From: Amoebophrya sp. A120
Lineage: Eukaryota > Protista > Dinoflagellata
NCBI GenBank assembly: GCA_905178155.1
Contig: CAJINV010000004.1
Coordinates: 9,940,385 to 10,004,384 of the forward strand
DNA: 64,000 nt
Reading direction: 5' to 3'
Of this stretch, positions 1 to 12,800 are shown in pieces. Position 1 is the first letter of the stretch; the number at the start of each line of letters is the position of its first letter. The position numbers were made by a program, and so were the translations under genes. The notes beneath the pieces were generated by a model. That model was not told the DNA's origin and did no database searches. It saw nothing but the letters and a program-made list of their open reading frames with translations.

Positions 1-209
1 ACGGCGCGTACCTTTCAGAGTTCTCGAAGCCCCCTTTTCGGGGCCTTGTTGACTTTGGAAGCTGAATGGGGTTCGCCGGGGCCGGGTTTTGGGCGCGTGT
101 TATAAGATTCGCAGAGGGTTTCGAAGTTTGCGAATTTTAAATTTTCAGAAATGGACTCTCACATGAATTTCCGAGAGCCTATAATCCAGGGTCTTCAGTC
201 GAAAAAGTA

Positions 210-2129
210 ATGGTCAACAAGCAAATGCAAATCACCCCTCCAGATCCACTGCAAACCGCCTTGGAATCGGTCGTGCAGCAAAATCCGGCCGCGAGCGCGT
301 TTCTGGTGTGTCGCATCAGCAGTTGTGCTTCTGTACTCCGGAATGAAGGCGACGACAGCGCTAGCACGACCGTCCAGATTGCAGACGGCATGGGCGTCCC
401 GACCGGCACACTGGCGTTTTTTGAAAAACACGAACATGCGGTGAGAAATTCGCGTGGTGGAGTCCTTGCCTCGGCGATCTGGATACCATATTGTCCTCCC
501 GAGGACTTGGCAGAAGTGTCGTCCCACCAAGGCGAAAGAGGGACACGCAAACAAGCGGAAGAACACATCGGCTATAGAAGCGCCTACAACCTTGTTCAGC
601 ACCAGTGCTGCCCCCTGCAAGAAGAGCTAACGCGACAATTTCACGAGGTGGCGATTCGCGGCTCTACGACCACCTCTTCGGCGAAAAACACTGCAGCTGT
701 CCAGAAAAACAAGAAGTTCTTTACTGTCTCACTTTGCGAAGCGTTTGATTTCCAGTCAAACCGCTGGGAGCGGAAGATGCTGGTCTTTTTCAACACAACA
801 GCTGCAACGAGTAAAACAACGCGAAATTCAAGAACCACTCAGGAACAAGATCAGCAGCAACTATCTGGTATTTTTCTCCGCGACTTCTGCGAAAACTTGG
901 TAACGGAGTGCGTCAAGTGCGCCAGCAGCGGACCCAGGAGGAGGCGGAACTGCTACGACAAGATCAAGATGGGTCCCTGCATAGCTGCACCAGGGAGGGG
1001 ACTTCTAGCGCAGCAACAGGGAAAACAGGAAGCTCCGAGACGAGTTGGGCATGTTGGAGTTGACAACATGATGCAAAAGAAGCTGCACCTCCAGAACATG
1101 AACAAAAAGAATAGGAAAAAGAAAATTTCTAACCGCGCCTCAGACCTTCGTGATGGTCATTTCTACAGCGACTTTCTGAACTACTTGTCGGATGCTGAAG
1201 AACAGCAGCAGCAGAACCTAGACGATGATCATGATGTTGATGTTCCCGCCCGCACGGCCGGTGGTCCGTTGCATCATGTTAATGAGTGCGAGGAGGAGGA
1301 CAGGACGAGAAATGCAAAGTCGCAGACCACTTTTGGTGACCCAACGCTGGTCACACCGTTATCCACACCGAAATTGATGTCGACGTGTAGTTCTGCGATT
1401 TCCTCGGAAGCGAGTACTTGCGTGCTCGTGCGTTCGGCGGATCTGGTTGACATTGAGAACGGGGTCGAGGCGGAAAAATTGGAGAAAACTACGCATGTGA
1501 AAAGGAAGGCGAACTACACGGCACCAAGCTTCGCAAATACACCTTCTACCCACGACTTGCCTGCTACCAAAAACTCAGGAGTCACGAAGGCTGCGTCGAC
1601 GAATGCGATGATCGTTCTCTTGAGCATGACCCACTTTGGCTCAACAGCGGGAGCACCGACTTCCTGTGCGCGGAAAATAAATCAAGCGGGCCCTGAGCAT
1701 GAACGCGATAATCAGCAAGTAGAAATGAATGAAGAGCCAATCTCAACAAAACCGTTTGAGATTATCACCGATCTTGAGGCGGTGTTCGCGGAAAAGGAGT
1801 CGATCGCGGTGCTGCACTGGCTGGCCAACCGTCGTGCGGCGGGAGAAGTGCAGCAGGGTACGTCGGACCCGGGGGAGGATGATGTCGATGAAGATTTGTC
1901 GAGATTACGAGATGTTGTGCTAAAATCTTCACTCTCATCAACATCCGATGAGGAGCTCGACCAGGCGGGTACGAGAGAAATAAACCAAAATCATCAAAAA
2001 TACTTGTACATGTTTCAGAAGGGTAAACAGTTGCCGTTTGCAATCCGGACGACGTCATCAGTTTTTGCTTGCAACAATTCGAATAGGAGGAGTTTGGTCA
2101 CAGCGGTCCGTATTGCTTTCAAATGCTGA
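210..2129 (+). CDS. Hypothetical low-complexity protein (639 aa)
   Basis: Single uninterrupted 639-codon ORF with Q/S/T/D-rich tracts; no recognisable domain. Confidence 0.6.
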   Translation: MVNKQMQITPPDPLQTALESVVQQNPAASAFLVCRISSCASVLRNEGDDSASTTVQIADGMGVPTGTLAFFEKHEHAVRNSRGGVLASAIWIPYCPPEDLAEVSSHQGERGTRKQAEEHIGYRSAYNLVQHQCCPLQEELTRQFHEVAIRGSTTTSSAKNTAAVQKNKKFFTVSLCEAFDFQSNRWERKMLVFFNTTAATSKTTRNSRTTQEQDQQQLSGIFLRDFCENLVTECVKCASSGPRRRRNCYDKIKMGPCIAAPGRGLLAQQQGKQEAPRRVGHVGVDNMMQKKLHLQNMNKKNRKKKISNRASDLRDGHFYSDFLNYLSDAEEQQQQNLDDDHDVDVPARTAGGPLHHVNECEEEDRTRNAKSQTTFGDPTLVTPLSTPKLMSTCSSAISSEASTCVLVRSADLVDIENGVEAEKLEKTTHVKRKANYTAPSFANTPSTHDLPATKNSGVTKAASTNAMIVLLSMTHFGSTAGAPTSCARKINQAGPEHERDNQQVEMNEEPISTKPFEIITDLEAVFAEKESIAVLHWLANRRAAGEVQQGTSDPGEDDVDEDLSRLRDVVLKSSLSSTSDEELDQAGTREINQNHQKYLYMFQKGKQLPFAIRTTSSVFACNNSNRRSLVTAVRIAFKC

Positions 2130-3513
2130 ATTGATATTAACTTCCTCCACGGGGCATTGAAATCAAGATTGTATCATGGTCGATTTATTTTATCGACGTG
2201 GACCGAACTAGCTAAGATTTTTCAAGAAATGAACAAACGGTTGTATTACTGAATTACTGAGAACAAGATGTGCATTTCTTCTTTATCTTCTCACGAGCCC
2301 CGTACCAGGAGCAGATAATATTCTAAATTTGTTTTTTTCAATAAAGAAGGTTTTTGCTGACATGATAACCATAAATCCATACCATTGACTTTGTCCTGCT
2401 CAATGGGGCAATTATTACGAGTCAGCTTTTTGTTTTTCTTTTCCATCGAAATCGTTGAAAGCGAACAGGAGCAGAATTGACATAAACAGCAGGAGCCATT
2501 TTGTCGTGTAGTACAAACCATTCGCTATGAATTTTTGAAAACCTGGAGGAACACCGAAGCCCCGGCATTGGTGCCTGTCGGTGCCGTAGTGGGACAGATG
2601 TCTGTCCGGCGCACGTCGCATGTCGTATTGCAGCTGTGAAGAATGATCTGGTTTTTAAAATCGGTTCGTATCATGCGCATGACGTTATAATGATCCGTAG
2701 TCCTGTATCTGTATTTCTTGCGCAAGGAATTCGTTTCCCATAAAATTGTCGTTGTCCTCTTGTTGTCGTTCCGCACTCTTGTTGTAATCGATATCAACAT
2801 CAAGTGTTTCGGTTTAATCTTTAGGAGCTTTCTTTTTCTAACTGAAAAATCGTGCAACGTACGACAAGAAAAGTAGTACAGCTGTTGGACTACCCACGTA
2901 CAGCTGTTGAAGGAACGTCCATCTACAACAAGAATCGTCGTACCATCGTGAAACAGAATAAATGTTGCAATTTCATCGTTTGCAAAAAGAAAAAGTCGGT
3001 TATAATTCTGTCATCGTCTCATGTTCGAAAGGCAGCAGCTTCACCGACATTCCAACAAAAACTCTGTCAGGCCCCATTTTGTACCCCATAGTGGTCAACT
3101 GTCTACCCATTTCTCGCTTCGCTCAAGAAGTTGTCGCATCAATATCAATTTGTTCAAAAGTAGAAATTAATATACACCCCTTTTTATTTCCCACAGCCAC
3201 ACCGACATCCGGCAACGTAAGTAGTAGCAGGAGTAGCTGGCATTCCAGTCTGCCCCCAAGAAAGTTCTTCTACTTACACCTTCCCCAGACTAGCTGCATT
3301 GGCTTTATTCTCGCTGGATTTTTGCAAATAACACACAGAACAACAGGAACAACAATGAATGTCTTCGCATTCATCAACATGATCGTTCGTCGTTGCCGCG
3401 ACGCCGGCACTACTGGGGCGGCTGGATGGTCGTAGTTGTTCTACTTCCTAGTCGTATTTGAGAGCGGCTTGTTCTTGCGTCGGGCAGTAGTCAGAACTAC
3501 CACATCATCAACC

Positions 3514-5792
3514 ATGGCCGACATCGTGGAAGCGGCTGAGCGGGAGGAGGTGACGCTCAAACTGCAGATGGTGGTCCGGCTGAAGCGCGCGCGTGCCGAG
3601 ATGAAGAAGCGCAAGGAGCAGCGGGAAGCGGCGACGAAGCTGCAGTCGATGCAGCGCGGGAAGCAGGCGCGGGCGGAGGTGAATAAACTGAAGGACGACA
3701 AAAAGCTCCACGAAGACATGACGCAAGCGGCCATCAAGATCCAATCCCACCGGCGCGCGCAGCTGGCCCGGAGAAAGTCGGGGGACTACCGGACGGATGC
3801 GAAGATAGACGCGGTGTTGTTCGCTTTAAACCCCTTGAATTTGTTTGCGAAAAAGAAGGAGCTGGCGCTCGCGTACTACGGCAAGACGAAACAGGACCAG
3901 GAAAACGCCGCACTGAAGATCCAATCCATACAACGCGGAAAGCAGGCTCGCGCGGAGGTAGACGCCCTGCGCGAGGCCAAGGAGCAGGACGCGGCCGCGA
4001 GCAAGATCCAGGCGGGCTACCGGCAGAAGCAGGCGAGAGAACAGGTGGACGCGATGCGCGCGGAGAAGGAGGAGCAGGAGGGCGCGGCGACGCTGATCCA
4101 GTCCAACTGGCGGGGGCGGCAGGACCGGGAGAGCCAGCGTATCGCGGCAGAGCAAGACGCAGCCGCCACCTCAATTCAGGCGGCCTACCGTGGAAAGCAG
4201 GCGCGGAAGAATAGAGGTGTGGCAGAGGGGGGGTTGGTGGAGGACGAGGATCTGACGCTGGCCTCCGGCATGTCCGGCGCGTCCACGGAATATTGGCTGG
4301 AAATGACGGACGACGGGGGCTCGCAGATCTACAGGCCCCGCGGGGAGGGCGAGGCCGACGAGCGAAACGAGTCCATGTTTGAGGCTATCGTCGCGCGCGC
4401 CAGCGAGTACGCGGTGTTCGCTCAGAGTTTATTTCCCGACGAACACGAGCTGGGTGTGCATATTCTGTATGCCATACAAATTTACTACCGTTCACTGACA
4501 GAAGGTTATGCATATATCGCTCGGACGAGGACATGGGCTGGAAGACAGCGGTTGTCATCGAGAATCAGGCAGAAAACAACGTTTACATGAGTCTTTGTCT
4601 TGTCATCCGAGGTCAGCATTTCCAGTTGTAGATACTCATACGTCGCGTACGGTATTAAATTTCGTCTTGATACGCAGATTGAAGAGAAGATGAAAGACGC
4701 CAACCCGCTGCTAATCAAGCCGACCGAGGAGCCGGAAGTCCCCGACGAGGAGAGGGTCGCGATCGAGAACCTCCGGCGAAACAAGAAAACCCAGCGCCGG
4801 GCGAGCACGGTCACCTTTGAGCAGGACGTGAAGAAGCCTCTGCGACGGTCCGTCACTTTTGCGGAGGATACCGAGTGGGGCTTGGAGTTAGCCAAAAAGA
4901 AAGAACCAGAACCCCAACCCGTCGGGGGTTTCACCATGTACACGATGTTTTTCATCCTGCGGCTGCAATACCGGTTCCGGCAGCGACAGAAGAGGCGCAC
5001 GGAGGCAATTTTGAAGTTGCAGCGAAATTTTCGCAAACTGCTGGAGACCAGGAACGCCCGGCGCAAGTGCGGGGGCTGTTGCTGGCGAAAGACGGACAAA
5101 GGGGTCTTCAAATGCTGTTGTGGCCGGTACTACTGCGGCTCTTGCCAGACCTGCTGCCCCCACTGCTGCAAGGGCGAAGCAATACCCCCGCCGCCGCCAA
5201 AGCGGAGGCGCGGCGTGTTTTGCTGTCTGCTGCAGTGCGCGTTTTGTCCCTGCACCACGGCGGCGTCCTGTTTCAAATGGTACTGCTGCTGCTGTTGCGG
5301 AACCACGTGCTTCAAGAAGAAGCGGAATTTGGCCTACGAAGACAAACAAGACGGAGAAAAATTCTTAAACGTAGCTCTCTCCGCATCCAGGCAGAAAGAG
5401 GATCCGGAAGGTTATGCCTTGCAAAAGTGTAATTATCAATATCTCGTCCTCGTACGTCGATTTGGATTTGCATGACATTGCAAAATTGGACTTCGTTGTC
5501 CCCCGTCCAACTCAGAATTGCAATTATCAAAAATTTATATAGCACTTGCCGACATCACTTCAACTTCGAGTAGGCACGAGCGTACGATTTCGATTACGAT
5601 TATGTTTTTGCAATGCATAAAGGTGGGAGCACGCTGATTTCGCGCTCCTTCATTCCCATGCAGCAGAGCTCGCTGGGCCGGGCCATCTTGGAAAACCGAA
5701 AAAAGCAAAAGTCGCCGCTATTGATAGACCAAATTTACCACCAGCCAGCACGGGGGTTAGAACCGGAGAAACCCCTGAAAAGAAACTACTAA
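3514..5792 (+). CDS. Multi-IQ-motif (calmodulin-binding) protein with Cys-rich segment; 3 exons
   Basis: At least 6 IQxxxRGxxxR-like motifs (IQSIQRGKQARAEV, IQAAYRGKQARKN etc.), RRSVTF (RVxF-type) and CC-rich stretches. ORFs 3436-4590 and 4600-5475 are in the same frame, joined by a probable 126-nt intron (~4515-4640, CATA repeat). Removing introner 5413-5619 plus 5 nt extends the frame to TAA at 5790-5792. Confidence 0.75.
5413..5619. mobile_element. TIR introner (non-canonical intron), B-related
   Basis: TATGCCTTGCAAAA...TTTTGCAATGCATA; DR AAGGT on both sides; removal plus 5 nt gives EG|GSTLISR. Confidence 0.85.
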
Positions 5793-6889
5793 GAGCAATA
5801 GATGTCTCTTCACAATTGCTGCTCACCGGCGTTGAAAGTAGTTTCCAACCACCAGTGGTGGTGGTGATAATCTCGTCGTCGCACATACTCAAGAAAGGCC
5901 AACAAGCGCGTGTGTTTCATAGGCCCAGCTGCGCCATTTGGAAATACGACCACTTACACGTATAGTTCGAAGTATTAGACGCATTCATCTGCTGACGAGA
6001 TGGCAAAAATAAACGCTTCGCGCGCGTTCTTATCTGGAACAAGATCCAAAGTGAAGTTTCTATAACTACAAACACTAAAATGCACAGCAGGTTGAGTTGA
6101 ATGTTTATTTTCAGAAAGTGAAGTTGCAGTACACTGCAACCACTTCGATTGCTGCACTGTTCTTGTTTTGGCTGGTTCAGCCTTGATTTGCTGTTCGTGC
6201 GGTCCCATCAGTATCTTCATCTTCACGACACCAGCCGGCAAATCAATGGCTGTCCCGGAGGTGTCTCCGACACTGACTCCATGTATGAAAAGCATCTGTG
6301 GTTCTGGTTGTGATTGAATTCTGTGGCTTTTCGGTTTTGAAAAGGCGGTGTCCCAACTGAAGGAAATAAACCCTAGAGCTTAAGTATTCAGGAAGATGAA
6401 AACCCCTTTGCTCCAGCTGATGCACATGAGAGCGAAGAGGACATCATCACCTTGATTGAGAGACAGGAGGGAGGTATACAGCTGTTTATCACTCATCAAG
6501 ATAACGGATACGATTTTCCATTCAACCAAAATGTTTGTAGCTGCAAGTGAGTGATGAAGATCCTCCGATTTAGTGATGCAAGTGTGCCGACGTCAAAGTC
6601 AAATACATTTTGTTCGAAAATAATGAGGTCGTTGCTCGTAATCTTCTTGTCTTGGTTTTGTTTCTTCTCGAGAACGAACTAGTACCCGTCTGTCGTTTTC
6701 CCGTCCGTGCCGGTCCAGACGCGTCAACTACGAACGTGGTGCCACAGCGCCGCCAAGAACGCCAAGAACACACAACAGTCGCTTATTTTCGGTCTAGCCT
6801 CGTACGTCCTGACGTCTCGGTCTACCTCCGGCGTGATTTCCTCTTCCTGAGAGTCTGGAGCAGGTGGCCGTCTACCATCCGCCCCCAAG

Positions 6890-9800
6890 ATGAACATCAC
6901 CCGCCCCGATAAAAACAACATGAAGAACGCCGGGGAGGAGCTGGACCTCTTCTACCAAAATGACTTTTATGAGGAAGACACTGGCGAAAAGAACGGCGCA
7001 GATAATCCTACCCAAACGCAGCGGGACGAAGACGTCCAGGCCAACCGCTTCGAGATTGGCACCCCGGCCCCGAGTGCACGGGTAGATCGAACGTCGGACG
7101 ATGTTCAGCGCGACCACTACACGCCGGGGAGCTATTTGCAGATGTCGGCAAACAGTGTTGCCACTTCGTCGGCAGAGTACTTCAGCATTGCTTCGGCCAG
7201 GGGCGAGGGGACACAAGGTCTGCCGGTGGAGTCCTTCGATTTGAGTAGTTCGCGCACAAACAAAGCCGCGGAGGTGCAGGCACGACAGAAGGCCGCGTTT
7301 TTCCAGGCTTTTGGTGCGAAAGCGGACGATGACGACGGGGGGGAAGTGGACGAGACGGCGAAAAAATCTTTTAGCGCGAAAGGACAAGGATTAATCGTCG
7401 ACAACAATTTGTTCCAAGCAGCTGAGCCAGACATCGAGATGGGAGTCTTCACACCCACCTCGGCTTCACACAACAACCATCAAGCCGGCAACCCCAGTAC
7501 TGCTAGGCCGAGAGACCCGTGGCACGGGTGGCGGGTGGGGACGCAGGACTCGCGGTTGTTTTTCTACAAAAAGGACTTCCGGCAATACGAGATGCCCACG
7601 GTGATGGAGAGCCGCGTGTTCGGGAAGTGGAGGTTGGTGTACCCCAACGACGGCACGAAACCGTTTTACTACAACCGCAAGCTGAACCTGTCCCTGCCGA
7701 ACCACCCGGTGAACACGTTGAACGTGTTTGACGCCTGCTTCAAAGGCGATCTGTTTTACCTGCACCTGTTTCTGGACGCCTTCTGGCTGGAACTGAGCCA
7801 GGGTGTGTACGACATAGTGGACGACACAACAGGGGGTGAGGGCTCCCGCTTCGGGGCTGCAAGTAGTTCCTCCTCCAGCATCGAACTATCGGGCGCGGAC
7901 GAGACCACAACTCAAGAACAGAAAGATAGCGAACAGCCAGTTACTTCGAAGAAGGCTACGAAATCATCGAGGACGAGATCTATGCATTGAAAAAGTATCG
8001 TACTTGTATAGGTAAATGCATTACAAATTTCCCCAGCATGAGAAAAAAAAAGGTTTGTCATGCGAATTTACCTTAAAAAGAAAATTTAAATTTGTATATG
8101 CATGAATGCAATTACTACGAACGAGTACGATACTTTTGCCCAGGATAAGATCCGCCGTGGTTCAATCCCTCGCGACCATCGCGGAGGAGGCTATGGATGT
8201 GTCCGGTTCGAAATCGACAAAGTTGAAATGATTTGTCATGCATAAAATGCAAGGCATGATGTGCCTGTCTTGCCGGGATGGCAAGTGAGGCCGATTGTGA
8301 GCTTGTTTAGGGTTTGAGATAAAGCTGCTAAAGTAGCATAACAAAAGACGCCTTCTGTCCCTAAACAGCATGACAAATTGGATTCCGGTGCTCGGAAAAT
8401 TTGTCATGCGCCACGGCGGGTGGCTCGCAGCAATAAGGAAACTGGCAAGGGTAAACATCTGTCTGTGCTTGCAATGCGCTGATGGACTGTGCTCTGCCAA
8501 ATAGTGAAGTAATTTGGACTACTCCAGTTCTGGTCCCGTTGCTGTATATTGTGCGCGGGTGCTGGGTGGAAAGGTCCAACAAATATGTTGGCGTGTGTGT
8601 GTGTGTGAGGAGGAAAGTTTGGAGTGCCAGGTCCGTTGGGCCCGGGGTGGCGGCGTCTTTGGGTTGATCAAATCACCCGAAACACAATGCCACCTCGTGT
8701 TGCACAGTCTGTTTATGTCATGCGCCACTTGGAAACTGCGCTTCCGACTGGTATCGGCTTTATGCATGACAAACTATAATTTCAACTTTGACGATTTCAA
8801 TCCTGACACTCCCATAGAGGCCGCGGCGGTGGAAGAGGTGCGGAAGCGAAAAATGGACAAGTTGCAGCGACTCGCGGAGAAGTTGCAGATCGGGGCCGCC
8901 GCGCCGGTCGGACCCTTTCCAGCGGTCGGCGGGGGGAAGCGCCCGGTCCTGTTTTTCGAAGGCGAGCACGCCATGACGCCCGGTGGAAATAACAACGGCA
9001 GCGACGTGTCCACACCCTCGGGGCGAACGCCGAAGTCGCCACTGTACCGCGGCGACCGGCTGATCACGTCGGGGTTTAGCTTGACGCAGCAGGACTCGAA
9101 GAATTCGAGTGTGGCTGGAGGGCCAACAGCTTCCGTTCTTTCTGGATATCGAATGCAAAAATGTCTGGGTCTGGAAGAATGCAAGATTTGTCATGCATAT
9201 TTCTCATGACCGATGATGCCTAGAATGCTTGGCCTAGCATCGCAGACTTTTAGAGGGCTTCCTGATGCATCTTCCGCATGAGAAATACCCTGTCCGTGTA
9301 GCAAATACTGTACCCCTCTTGCTGGTCATGCAATACAAATTTTTTTAGAGTCCAAAAGCAGCATGATAAGTCGCAATCTTCCAGACCCAGACACTTTTGC
9401 AGTTGATACTGGAGCAGGGGGTGCAAGAACTCCACTGGTGCCAGGCAGTCCTACGAGGGCCGCGGGCGCTGCGGCAACCGTTGGCGAAAAACCGGGCACC
9501 AACATGACAACGCCCGCACCTGAAATGAAACCCAAGATGACTGTGGACAAGGCCGCTGCGATCATGAAAAAAGCGGCTACTCTGGTACCGAAATTGTCCT
9601 TGACGCCACCGGGCAAGGACGTGAAGAACGCCCAACCGGCTTCTGGGGGGAAGATGATGATGCAGCACTTGCCGCAAGAAGGCCTCGCCAAAGCGAAACA
9701 GAGCGGGTTGGCGACCGCCACAGCGTTGCTGGCAAAAATCAAGCAGGGGCAGGCCTCGTCCTCTTCACCCGCAGGAGCTGCTTCGCCGAAGTCACTACTG

Positions 9801-12800
9801 CAAACAGGCCCTGTAGTACTGGGCGTGCCGTCGTTACGTGGAACAACACTTGCGTCGTCGCCTTTGGTGGGTGGGAGCAGCCGTGGAGGTGCAGCTGCAG
9901 GAGTCTCAAACTTTTCTCCTGTCGCACAACTACAGCGGCCACGAGTCGTCGAACCAAAGGAAATGTCCGTGTCAGTACAGACGCCACGACTGGCGCGAGG
10001 TGCCGTCAACGAGGAAGAGGACTCCGAATCCAACGCTTCCAGCCGCGAGGGTGCTGTCGTGGCAGGAGCAAGCCTCGGGGCGGGAAAGAACGTGGTCGCA
10101 CCTTCTTCTCGAGTCCTTGCGCCGGAGAGTAAAACGAGCGCCGTGGACGAAGAGGTGGAATTGTTCGTGGGCGCAAAGTATGCATTGCAAATATGTCTGG
10201 GTCTGGAAGGTTGCAAGTTGTGATGCTGTGTTTCCACACTAAAAAGATTTGTACTGCATGACCAGCAAGAGGATTCCAGTTTGTGCTACGTGGGGGGGCA
10301 TTTGTCATGCGGAATAGGCATCAGGAAGCATTCTAAAAATCTGTGATGCTAGGTTCCGCATTCCAGACCTCATGGGTCATGGGAAACCTGCATTACAACC
10401 TTGCACTCTTCCAGACCCAGACACTTTTGCAGTTGATACAAAGGAAATCCTGGTCACGGAAAGTCCCTCCCCCTCAGAATCTCCGTCGCCCCCGCTGACC
10501 GCGCGCTTCCCCGTATCATGAGGAAAAATGCCCCCTCCCCATATCGAAACAAAGTTTCTGATGCTGGATTTCCATACACAGATCAGATTTGTCTTGCAGT
10601 AGAGGAATGCACGCATATGTCAAGCCTCAGCCGAGAGGTTTGACGTAGGCGCCTAGCATGATAAACGTGTATGCTCTGAGCCAAACAGCATTACAAACCG
10701 CCTGAAAAATGCGGAACGCTTTCTGGACTTGCCTTCTTGCAAGACAGACAGGATTTGAGGTCACAAATGCGCATCACAAATTTTCAGACGGATACGCTTT
10801 CGATATGGGGAGGGGGGATTTTTCACTTCGATACCCCGCCTCGACGCCTCCGCTGACGTCTCGCGTACAGCCGGGAGCTTCGACATCGCCCCCACTGACC
10901 GCGAGAATGTTGGTACCGGCCTCGTCCTATGAAGATGAACTGCAAAAGTACCGTACTCCTACTCGTATAAATGCATTACAAATTTTTTCAGCATGAGAAA
11001 TAAAATTTCTAATGCGGATTTACCTTACAACAAAGATTTGTAATGCAAGACTTGCATTTCCATTTATACGAATACGTATAGATACGATACTTTTGCACAG
11101 GATACGTCCACGCCGCCCCTGACCGCCAGGATTGATCCGGACAAGCCACTGCAGCTGCAGACGGTGGTGGATGGAGTGCCCGCGAAATTGCATGTAGTTT
11201 CCGAGGGAGGAGGTCCTCGTGGCGGAACTAAAGGACGAGAAAGTGCTGGAATAAAGTCGTCTCCTGTGCAGCCTGCAAAAAAACCTACAAACTCTTGGAC
11301 ACCACAGAAAAAGTCCTCGACGCAACAAGAAACTATTCCGGCAACTACTAATACACCGACTGCCGCGAAGCAAGTGCAACAAGAGGGACAACTATCCGGC
11401 GCTTCCTCGCGAAAAAAGTCCTCGACCGCGACCCCTGGCGGAAGTACCATTGGTGGAAAGGCCCCGGCGCGAGAACTTCTAGTGGATGAACAAAAAGCGG
11501 CAGCTGTGAGCATGAGCAGCAGTGCCAAGAAAAATCAAACCCCTTCTGCTCCTGCAGCTAATGCTAGTGCAGCCGCTAAAGCACCTGCACCACCAAAAGC
11601 AAAAGCTGCTGGAGGTGGTCCTGATCCTGGTTCAGGAGCTGCCCAGGACGAGAAACCTCCGTCCCCGCAGCGTCTTATCCAGGCCGTTCCTCTGATCTCG
11701 CCAGCAACGGAACAGCTGCCCCCAAGTGGGGAACTGCAAGAAGGGCAATTACAAACGACGTACCCAAGTAGAACCAACGAGCCCTCCGCATCCACCGAGG
11801 AAGCGGCGAACGTGCGCGACGCGGTGCAGACTTATCCTTATCCTTGGAATGAGGGGAAGGATTTGCCGCCAGAGACCGCCTCACCGGTGCGCGGAAAAAT
11901 TCACGCGAAAGTCGAAAAGCGGAAACACCAGAGGAGGCTGTCCGCCCTGCGGCTCACGCAGATTGAGATAAGCAATCGCACACATCATCGATCATCCGGG
12001 TCTGGAACATTTTTGCAGCAGAGGGGCGGGGTGGTCATCGCCATGCCTTATTTCCTCAGAGGCCATTTCCATGCCATGCGTCATTGCCATGCCACAGAGT
12101 TTTGTGAGAGATTGTGTGAAGTTGAAGATCCAGAGCTAGCATGACTCATTCTCGAAACCACTTGAATTGAAATCGAGACTCGGAACTACGATATGTGCGC
12201 TGCATATGAGAATTACTTGAGCTATTCGGACCTGGATGTCGCGGCCACGCCGTCAGCGAGCAGTGTGGTGCAACAAGGGACACGACCAGCACCGGTGGTG
12301 CCAGAGTCCCCGGTTTTCAGCGAGCATTCCGGTGCGGGCACCCGCACCAGCCAGCAAAGCTCAGTTGCGGCGAGCTTCCACGAACTGCATGGTTTTAACA
12401 ACAGCAGCATGACCACGTCAGGGCGAAGCAATAAATTGGCTTCATCACAGACGAGCACGGGAACAAATAAGAGACAGCATGACTTGGAATCGGTCCTGGC
12501 AAAGCGGACGCTTCTGTACGATGATAAGGAGAACGTCATTTTCGAGAAAACCTCGCGTAAAACCCTCGTGCACTACGCCTGCATGGCAACCCAGGAGCGA
12601 ATCGTCCAGTACCTCGTGGAGTGCCACTCGTTCGGCATCCAAACGGTCGACGCCATGGGCTTCGCCCCGCTGCACATCGTGGTGCGAAACGGCGCACTGT
12701 CCCTGGCACGGTACCTCCTGCACGCGCGCGCGAACGTGAATGACAAAACGCGAAACGAGTTTGCGGACACCGCCCTGCACATGGTTTCCAGCCTGGCCAT

